Shown piece by piece: positions 53,599 to 63,350 of a stretch of DNA of 63,350 nt. The notes below the pieces were generated by a model. It was not told where the DNA came from and did not search any database. It worked only from the letters and a program-made list of their open reading frames with translations. Within the stretch, counting starts at the first letter, position 1, and each line of letters begins with the position of its first letter. The position numbers and the translations under genes were made by a program. The DNA comes from Octopus sinensis (taxonomy: Eukaryota), in contig NW_021832130.1 of the NCBI RefSeq assembly GCF_006345805.1, positions 1-63,350 of the forward strand. Direction: 5' to 3'.

Positions 53599-54500
53599 TC
53601 TATATATATAAAACTGTAGTTGTGTGAGTGTCTGTCTCCTACGATTTAGATTCCTAACTCCTCCCACATTTTGCGGTGCAGTTTAACCAAATTCGGGTAT
53701 CTTATAGTCGGGATTAATATCAAGCCCGTCTGGCTATTAGCGCGCGTCTACGATGAGTCTACAATTTTAAAAATAATTTAACATAATTTTTTATTCCATT
53801 TTAATGCATAATTTTTCGTGTGTCGATGGAGGCGGAGTTGGCGTCCACGCTCAAACACCTGCACCTGTGTTTGCTTCTCCCCCTTCTTCCCTCCGCCGTG
53901 AAGCTGTGGGGAAGGGAGTTTAAGGAAATCAACGTCGTAATGCGTTGTCAAGGAGACCAGCGTTCTTTTAGAACAACGACTTCATGGCTTGAAGACACCA
54001 AAACAGAAATGGCTAAGAAAGCCCGAATTGGCATCTATAAGGGAAGTAACTCTCTAAAAATGCTTATATAGTCATTTCCCTTACAAACCCGAGCAACGCC
54101 GGGCGATACTGCTAGTTTTTATATATAAAAGTGAAGTTGTGTGTCTGTCTCCTACGATTTAGATTCCTAACTACTCCCACATTTTGCGGTGCAGTTTAAC
54201 CAAAACCGGGTATCTTATAGTCGTGATTCATATCGAGCCCTTCTGGGTATTAGCGCGCGTCTACGATGAGTCTACGATTTAAAAAAAAAATTACCATCAT
54301 TTTTTTCCATTTTAATGCATTTTTTCGCTATTATATAAGGGAAGTAACTCTCTAAAAATGTCTACGATGAGTCAACGATTAAAAAAAATTTACCATAATT
54401 TTTTTCCCATTTTTAATGCATTTTTTTGCTATAACTCTCTAAAAATGCTTATATAGTTATTTCCCTTACAAACCCGAGCAACGCCGGGCGATACTGCTAG
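53599..54500 (+). mobile_element. Two head-to-tail non-autonomous Helitron-like copies
   Basis: Copy 1 53599-54115 (A|TCTATATATATAAAA ... CCCGAGCAACGCCGGG-CGATACTGCTAG); copy 2 54116-54500 ends identically CTAG|T; shared 5' body GTCTGTCTCCTACGATTTAGATTCCTAAC. Confidence 0.88.
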
Positions 54501-54705
54501 TTAAATATAAAAATCTGTACGTTTATTTATCTATACAGTTTATATTTTGTTGTACAACTCAGAACAACGTTATGTTGGAAGTGTGGAAATTGAGTTACTT
54601 TCTTTGAAACTCTTTGCGAATGAATTATCCTGGAAGGCTTGTCGAACCCCAATTCAGGTATTTTGAAACTATTTAAAAATATCTCAAATATATATGTATA
54701 CTATC

Positions 54706-57010
54706 CATGACCTCATCTCCTCCTCCCTCTCACCCCCTCCAACCTCATTGTCCGCACTCCCCGCACCCCACCATTTACTTCCTTCCACAAGCCCAACAAC
54801 CCTGGTCGTCCCATCATCTCCGCTGTAAGTGCCCCACGGAATTGATCTCTAAATACCTCGCCGTGTCCTTGAACTCCTAGTGGCTTCCTCTCCTCCCACA
54901 TCCACGACACAAACCGTTTTCTCCGTCTCTTCAACTCTTTCTCCTTTCCTTCTGGACCCTCTAAACTTTTCTTCACTCTTGATATCAAGAGTCTATAAAC
55001 GGTGATTCCACACAACAAAGGACTTCTTGCACTCATACACTTCGTAGGCCTTCGACCCAACCCCAACCCGACACCGCCACACTTCTTCGTTTGGCCGAAC
55101 TTGTTCTGTCCCTCAATTGCTTCTCGTTCACGAGGGATTTTTACCAACATTCTCGGGCGTGGCTATGGGAACGAGAATAGACCCCAACTATGCGAACCTG
55201 TTCGTTGGCTACGTTGAGGCCCAAATACTCTCACGATTCACTGGTCTCTCTCCCGAACTATACGGTCGTTATATTGATGATTGTATCGGTGCGACCTCAC
55301 TCTCCCTCGAACAACTATATTCCTTCTTCTCTTTCGTTCAATCCTTCCATCCTGCCCTCGAATTCTCCTATACAATTTCCAACACTTTCGTCGCATTTCT
55401 CAACATTTCGGCCAACATACACCACTCCGCTCTCACTAACTTCATCCACTACAAACACACCGACTCACACTCCTACCTTAACTTCTCCTCCTCCCACCCA
55501 TCCACACCAAGCTCTCCATCACCTGCTCCTAATTCCTCCGTCTGCGCTGGCTCTGTAGTGACAGCCGTGACTTTGAGACTCAGTCTCAACTCATGGCCCG
55601 CCACTTCATCCTTCGTAGATATCCTCTCACCACTATCCACACAGAGCACGTTCCGTGGACCGTGCCTCTGCTCTCTCATACCGTCCTGCCCCACCGTTGC
55701 CCGTCACCCGTTTCTCCTCACCTACCATCCCTGTACCCTGCACCTCCAACGCACCATTCTCCGAGCCTTCCGGCGACTCCAGTCCGACCCCTCCACCTCG
55801 CACATCTTCCCCAACCTACCCCTTCCCTCCTTCAAATGAGTCCACAACCTGCATGACCTGATCCTCAGTTTCTTCTTTAATCCTACCTCCTATCCTGGCT
55901 CATTCCTCTGCCCCCATCTACGCTGCCACACTTGCCCCTACCTCTTCAATACCACCATCCTCACAGGTACCCATCATCGTCCCTATCATATTACCGACTC
56001 CTTTACGTGCACTTCTAGCAACGTCATTTACTGCATCTCCTACTCTTTCTGCCATCGATCAAGCGAGACGCCGCTTGGCTGACCGGTTCACGGAGCATCT
56101 CCGAGAAATCAGACTCGGCGATAACACCATAGTTTCGCACCATTTCCGCTCTACCGGTCATTCACTAAAACACCCCTCTGTGTTCGGATTGTCTTTGCAC
56201 AGGGGCCATCCGGACTCCCGCCTTCGCCGTGAACAGAAATTTATTTTTCCTCTTCACTTTTTTTCGCCACATGGGCTTAACTACCCTCCTCTCTTCAACT
56301 AACTTCCCTCTTCCCCTCTCTCCATCTGACACCTAATTCTTCTCTTCATTCCTACCAACCTCTCCTCTCCTCTCTTCATCTGATACCTACTTCCTCTCTT
56401 CATTCCTACCCAGCTTCTCTCGTACCCTCACCACACACCCCTACCCCTTCACCCACACATTCTCACCCACCCTAACTCTGTCCCCTATCCTACTCTCACC
56501 CCACCAGACTCCACACCACATCTCACCATTCCACACACACTAGCACTGATCACTTCCCAGCACCCACACCACACACCATCATCCGCACATCCACACACCA
56601 TCATCCACACACTCACACGTTACAGACGCCCACACTTACACACGCACATATCCACACACGTCAAAATCACTAACCTCTATCCACATAAACACACACACAC
56701 ACACACATTTACACATTTTCACATACACACACACGCATGCACGCCTTCCTTTTGGGATCGCCAATTCTTTATTATCTCCCCTTCTTTCAACCTTTCCTGT
56801 CAATCTCTTTTTTTGCAACTAGTCGCCATGCTTGATCACTAAATCTACAAGATTTTTATTCTCTCTCTGTTTACTTTCTCATATTCCTTTCTGTTGAAGA
56901 GCGTAGGCTCGAAACGTAACCGACATTCTCACTTTCCTGAGCGTCAAAATAATCCACCTACTTGTTCATATATCTGTCTTCGTCTTTTGTTTATCTGTAA
57001 ATTCCGATTA
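54706..57010 (+). mobile_element. Penelope-like element, Neptune-type, 5'-truncated and frameshifted
   Basis: HKPNNPGRPIISA; GVAMGTRIDPNYANLFVGYVE; RYIDDCIGA (RT active site); HYKHTDSHSYLNFSSSHP; CPHLRCHTCPY Zn knuckle; TSSNVIYCIS..LADRFTEHL (GIY-YIG region); pyrimidine-rich 3' region ending in (TA)n. Confidence 0.93.
56891..56916 (+). ncRNA. Degenerate hammerhead-ribozyme-like core in the Penelope terminal repeat
   Basis: CTGTTGA-A-GAGC-GTAG-GCTC-GAAAC: stem II and GAAA present, but core A6 is altered and stem I and the NUH triplet are not evident. Confidence 0.35.
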
Positions 57011-57530
57011 TATATATATATGAATGAATGAGCGCCTATGTGTACGAATAAGTGTGATTGTGTTTGTGTGTGCATGTGTGCATACATATACGTATGTGTA
57101 CATACATACATACATACATACATACATACATCCATACATACACATAGTATGTGCATATAGACACAATTATCAGTTAATGAATGACGATAGAATGGAAGTT
57201 ATGCGATCACTTCTATTATTTTACAGGCTGCTTGTATTATAAGTAAGAGTGCACCTAGAGTTGAGTTATTTGAATATACGTATAATTTATATATAATAGC
57301 CAATATAAACGTTGATTGATTTATAGGTAGATTTCTTCAGTCCCACTTATCACAGTATAGGGGAAATGGAGACAGAGCTTTAGAAAAAACAAGAAAATCG
57401 ATAAGGTTATGTCATTTCACCAAAAGAATGGTGTAAGTATTTCAGTTGATTTACTGAAACACGTGTATGTTTTATGAAGCTACCAATATGAAATACATTT
57501 TTGTAATTTTTAATTAATATATATATAAAT

Positions 57531-57755
57531 CACCGTGATCACCGTGACCGACAAGGCTATCAGATGTTGCTACACATCGCTGGTCACAATGCGCTTCGCA
57601 TTGTTTTAGCCTTCAAATGACGCCACCCCGCTGGCTAAGCGAGCAGGCCAACAGTAGAAAGAGTGAGAGAAAGTTGTGGCGAAAGAGTACAGCAGGGATC
57701 ACCACCACCCCTTGCCGGATCCTAGTGGAGCTTTAGGTGTTTTTGCTCAATAAAT
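57531..57755. repeat. Probable dispersed repeat (family not assigned)
   Basis: GC-richer block between (TA) tracts; resembles a cephalopod repeat from memory only; single copy in this window. Confidence 0.3.
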
Positions 57756-57886
57756 ACGCGATCCTACAACCGCGAGTCCGCTACACTAACACTGGGCCAT
57801 TGCTCTTCACACACACACACACACCACACATATATGTATGCATATGTATATATGTATATATGTATGTGTATATATATCTATATATA

Positions 57887-57946
<60 letters not shown>

Positions 57947-57962
57947 TTATATATATATATAT

Positions 57963-58007
<45 letters not shown>

Positions 58008-58009
58008 CA

Positions 58010-58215
58010 TTTGTATGCCTGTGTTTGTCCTCCCACCATCGTTGGCAACCTATGTTGGTGTGTTTACGTTCCCGTATCTCAGCGATTCAGCAAAAGAGAA
58101 CGATAGAATGAGTACTAGGTTTACAATGAATAAGTCCCGGGTTCCATTTGTTGGACCAAAGGTGGTGCTCCTGCACGGCCGCAGTCAAATGACTGAAACG
58201 AATAAAAGAATAAAA
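58010..58215 (+). mobile_element. SINE family B 3' half
   Basis: GTGTTTGTCCTCCCACCATCG..GGCCGCAGTCAAATGACTGAAACGAATAAAAG following (TA)n. Confidence 0.85.
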
Positions 58216-58479
58216 GAATATAAATTTGTGTGTGTATGTGTGTGTGCATGTATATGTGTATGTATGTGTGTGTACGTACATGAATACACTCACTCACACG
58301 TACAGAGTGAAAGAAATTGGTTTTAGAAATTAGAGGTAAGCTAATGTTTGTATAGCTGGAGTTTTGTTGGAGAGGATATTAAGTTTCGTACCCTTTCTCC
58401 TTTCAACTGAAAAATAAGAGAACCCCGTCCTCCTCATGCATACCCCCATTTCCACTTTGCTCTGAAGATCTGTAGGTGA

Positions 58480-59290
58480 TCTCGTGTGGAATGGTATATG
58501 GATCAGTGGCTGGTAGCTAAATAACCTGTTATGCTGATGATATCGTGCTATTCGATCCCACTGTGGGCAATAAAGAATTAGATATCGTGCTATTCGCTAC
58601 GTCGCTGTCTAAGCTCCATATACTGGTTGGCAAAGTTGAGTCTCTAGCGAGTTTCAACTAAACCGCAGCACCAAAATGATTATGTAGCCGTCAGGGAAAC
58701 AGAGCAACTTGTCATACACAGACAGGAGATTGCAGTAATGCTGGTTGACAATTTCAGGTACCAAGCAGCGGACTATAGACAGATAATCAGAGCAAGACTT
58801 GGCGCCGGAAAATTAGTCCTGTCGTCACAGAGAAAGTTAGTGCGTCCCCGGCAACACCGAGCTAAAACTTCTAAAACACCTGGTCTGGCCAGTAGCAGTG
58901 TACGGGTGTGAAGCGTGAGCTTCCAGGGGTGCCTGACACAAAGAGACTGAATGTGTTCAAGATGAAGTGCAGCAGGCGACCGCTCAGAATCAGTAGGGTG
59001 GTCAGAAGAATGAAAAATTCAGTTTTAGAGAAAGTGGACCGGACGGATATTTGGTGACAACGCTCGTACGGCTAAACTGCAGTATTTTTGCCACGTTATC
59101 AAGGCCCTGAGATTCTGTGCTCTCATCCGTGTGGATTAAAATCTGGATTGCAGGCGACAAGGACGAAAATGGAGCAATAGCATCGAGGGCTGGACGGGGA
59201 GATCTCTGGTAGGATTTAAAGCTGCAGCACGAAACCGTAGTGAGTAATGATGAATGGCTTCTGTGTGTGAGGGTCCTCGATCCTCAGTCA
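58480..59290 (+). mobile_element. Decayed RTE retrotransposon 3' region
   Basis: KLLKHLVWPVAVYGCEA, KRLNVFKMKCSRRPLRIS, KLQYFCHVIK, RQGRKWSNSIEGWTG. Confidence 0.8.
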
Positions 59291-59453
59291 TTCGTGTCTG
59301 TGCAAGCGGGTGTGTGGAGGGCATGCAGAGCGTGCGTGGGTGCGAGTATGGGTGTATATGTGTGAGTGTGTGTATGTACGTATAGAGGGAGAGAGAAAGA
59401 GATAGAGAGCAAGAGAGGGAGAGAGAAAGAGAGAGAGAGAGAGAGATAAATAA

Positions 59454-59502
<49 letters not shown>

Positions 59503-59818
59503 AAAAGAGTGAGAAACAGAGAGAAAGACAGGGTAAGTAAAATAAGGGGATAAACGGGTACGTTAAACTGTGTTGTAAAACAGAAATTAATATTTTGTTT
59601 TTTGTACTCGGGAGACACAACTGAAGCCGACCAAACCCATCGTGTTTATTCTAAATGGAAACAAAATTCAGATCAAACTAAATTATATTGCCTTTAATAT
59701 ACATACATTCACACACACACACACAAACACACCCTCACACTAAGTATATACGTAAATGTATATAAATTCACATATATATTACATATATAATATATAGTAT
59801 ATATATTATATATTATAT

Positions 59819-59873
<55 letters not shown>

Positions 59874-60507
59874 TTGTATATATATATATGTATATCTGAA
59901 TGTATGTATATATCAAACAGTGTCCAATCTAATTTATTCATTAAATGTATATATTTTTTGGCTCCCTTATTTTATTTTAGATAATGTCATTACTTTTTTT
60001 AAATTCTGTTTTTGGCTTATTTAGTATATTCATTTCATGATATATTTTCATTATTTAGTGTTTTAGTTGTTGTCGTACATACATATACACATACATATAT
60101 ACATACATATATACATACATACATACATACATACATACATACATACATACATACATACATACATACATACATACATGCATACATACATTTATATATATAT
60201 TTATATATATGAATATGTATATAAATATTTATATATGTTTATATATGTATATATATGCTTTTTAAAAAATTTTATTGTACAAAATCAATTCAACGTAGAC
60301 TATTTTTTTCCACGTTGCATTTAGATCTAGGGTATTTATTTATATAGTTATTTATCTTTTATTTATTTATATATCTGATATTTATATAATATTATATTAT
60401 GTTCTATTATACACTCTCCACAATTGAAAATTATGTAGTAAACATAATTCTTCGAACTGAGAACAATAGTTTCCTCTCATTTATCTGATTTACAACGAGC
60501 AATAACA

Positions 60508-60538
<31 letters not shown>

Positions 60539-60739
60539 CACACCACACACACACACACAACACACACACACACACACACAAACATACACACGCATACAAG
60601 CATGCACTCGCGAAACGCACGCGGACATGCAACCACTCAGGCATACGCGTATGAGGATATACAGAAACACGTGCGACCACCCGTACGTACGTATGTGTAT
60701 ATGCAGGTATACACGCATATAAACGGATATATATGTCTA

Positions 60740-61520
60740 TCTACCTATATACGTATTTTATGTATGTATGTATGTATGTATGTATGTATGTATGTATGTA
60801 TGTATGTATGTATGTATGGTATGTGTGGTATGTGTATATGTTATGTATGTATGTATGTATGTATGTATTATGTATGTATGTATGTATGTATGTATGTATG
60901 TGTGTTTGTTGTGTGTATGTATGTGTTATGTAATGTGTGTATGTATGTATGTATATGGTGTATGTTGTATGTGTGGTATGTATGTATGTATTATGTATGT
61001 ATGTATGTATGTAGTATATGTATGTATGTATGTATGTATGTGTGTATGTGTGTATGTATGTATGTATATATGTGTGTGTGTATGTATGTATGTATGTATG
61101 TATGTATGTGTGTGTATGTATGCATGTATGTATGTATGTGTGTATGTATGTATGTATGTATGTATGTGTGTATGTATGTGTGTATGTGTGTATGTATGTA
61201 TGTATGTATGTATGTATGTGTGTGTGTATGTATGTATGTATGTATGTATATATGTATGTGTGTATGTGTGTATGTATGTATATACGTGTGTATGTATGTA
61301 TGTATGTATGTATGTGTGTGTGTATGTATGTATGTATGTATGCATGTATGTATGTATGTGTGTGTGTGTGTATGTATGTATATATGTATGTATGTATGTA
61401 TGTATGCATGTATGTATGTATGTGTGTATGTGTGTATGTGTGTATGTATGTATGTATGTGTGTGTGTATGTATGTATGTATGTATGTATGTATGTATGTA
61501 TGTATGTATGTATGTATGTG
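60740..61520. repeat. About 780-bp (TATG)n/(TG)n compound microsatellite
   Basis: Directly visible; source of the 478-aa and 388-aa spurious ORFs. Confidence 0.97.
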
Positions 61521-61880
61521 CCTATGTATGTATTTACGTATGTAGGTATGTATGTGTACGTTCGCTTGTATGCATATATGCATATTTGTGCGCGCACGCA
61601 CACAGATATATATATAATTATATATATTTACATTTATATATATATATTTATAAATACGTATATGCATATACTTATGAATATATTTATGTACATATATGTG
61701 TGCACATGCACACACACGCACACATATATATGTATACATACATTGTACTAAATATATGTGCATATATACATACACGCACATACATATATGTGTGCGTGCG
61801 CGCACAAATATGCATATATGCATACAAGCGAACGTACACATACATACATACCTACATACGTAAATACATACATAGGCACA
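61517..61880. repeat. About 90-bp near-perfect inverted duplication, 184-bp spacer
   Basis: 61517-61604 is the reverse complement of 61789-61880 except one extra TATG unit; core GTACGTTCGCTTGTATGCATATATGCATATTTGTGCGCGCACGCAC is identical. Confidence 0.93.
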
Positions 61881-61905
61881 CACATACATACATACCCATA
61901 CATCC

Positions 61906-61940
<35 letters not shown>

Positions 61941-62054
61941 ATATATATTATATATATATATACTTTTTAATCCGCGGGGGAAGCACATCTTTCACAATCC
62001 GGCGATTGAAACGAATTTTTGGAAATAGAAATTTGTGAATTGCAATACAAGAAT

Positions 62055-62090
62055 TACTGTAATAATAATAAAGTAATAATAATAATGATG

Positions 62091-62121
<31 letters not shown>

Positions 62122-62413
62122 TAACAATAATAATAATAATAATAAGAAGAATAATGATAATAATAATAATAATAATAATAATGATAATAATAATATAATA
62201 ATAATAATAATATTAATAATAATAATATTGCTTCAGTAACAATAACTTAATATTGTTGCTATTAATATTAGTATGTATATTAGAAAGATAATGATTTCTT
62301 TATTTGCTTTTGTGTCCCAACGGCATCATGATGATGGTGATGACGGTAATGATGACGACAACTGGCGTCGGTGGCGGCAGCGACGACACAATGACGATGG
62401 CGAGGGCGATGGC

Positions 62414-62449
<36 letters not shown>

Positions 62450-62487
62450 ATGATGATGATGATGATGATGATCAAGATCATGATGAT

Positions 62488-62522
<35 letters not shown>

Positions 62523-62624
62523 CGAGATGATGATGATATTGATGATGATGATATTGATGATGATGATATTGATGATGATATTGATGATGATGATATTGAT
62601 GATGATGATATTGATGATGATCGA

Positions 62625-62663
<39 letters not shown>

Positions 62664-62896
62664 CGAGATCATGATGATTGCGATATGATACTGTGATGGG
62701 AGTGGCGGTGATGATGACGATGATGACGATGACGACCATGATGATGATGATGATGATGATAATGATGATAAAGATGCTGATGATAATGGTGTTTTTGTAA
62801 AGATAATGATGATGCTATTGAGGATGGTGGTGGTGGTGGTGGTGGTGATGGTAGTGATAATGATGATGATAATGATGATGATGATGATGATGATGA

Positions 62897-62932
<36 letters not shown>

Positions 62933-63000
62933 CATGGTGATGTTGGTGGTGGTGCTGGTGGTGGCGGTGGCAGTAGTTGTGATAATAATGACGGTGCTTC
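62055..63000. repeat. Compound trinucleotide region (AAT, GAT, GGT)
   Basis: Directly visible; includes 15-bp higher-order units near 62525-62620. Confidence 0.95.
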
Positions 63001-63278
63001 AGGTGATATATATAATGTTAAAAAAGAGGGGAATGGTACTCCCGAAAATATATTTGATTGTGAAGGGGATATTTTCGGTTTTGAACATAATAGACAGGTA
63101 CGTTTTACGTACATGATTCTCTCTCTCTCCCACTCATTCTCTCTGTCCCTCATTCTCTCTGTCCTTGCCTCACCTCCTCTCACCTTTATCTGTATATGTC
63201 CAACCCACCCCCAAACGCACATTTATTGATAACCAAGTATATACGCGTATCCTCCACATACTTTTTACATATATATAT

Positions 63279-63331
<53 letters not shown>

Positions 63332-63350
63332 TATATATATATATATATAT

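Noticed and set aside
60602-62038. 478-aa, 388-aa and 327-aa ORFs
   Set aside because: Translations of (TATG)n/(TG)n repeats lacking stop codons (MYVC/HTYI runs); no domain content.

Overview
AT-rich eukaryotic, non-genic-looking DNA dense in microsatellites (TA, CA, TATG, GATA, ATT, CAT, CAC). Two recurring tRNA-headed SINE families resemble, from memory, those of octopod cephalopods, so an Octopus-like origin is an inference, not a database result. I found no intact host protein-coding gene, rRNA, true tRNA or CRISPR array, and the long ORFs in the track are translations of simple repeats. The window is a transposon graveyard. Retroelements: a Neptune-type Penelope-like element (RT, Zn knuckle, GIY-YIG), three RTE fragments, two R4/Dong-type fragments (one inside a (TAA)n tract), a CR1/L2-like remnant and a decayed CCHC gag-like ORF1. 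DNA transposons: a Chapaev3 deletion derivative with TIRs and TTA TSD, a mariner derivative with about 210-bp TIRs, a Merlin transposase remnant plus a Merlin-like MITE, and Helitron-type elements including a head-to-tail pair. The structure these labels do not explain is a high density of near-perfect fold-back sequences (4.2, 8.8, 20.1, 21.0, 34.4, 40.4, 42.4, 42.9-44.3 and 61.5 kb), together with recurrent SINE-into-SINE junctions and a near-identical 925-bp tandem duplication. All protein-family calls are by-eye motif recognition and need HMM or Repbase/Dfam confirmation. Boundaries of decayed elements are approximate.
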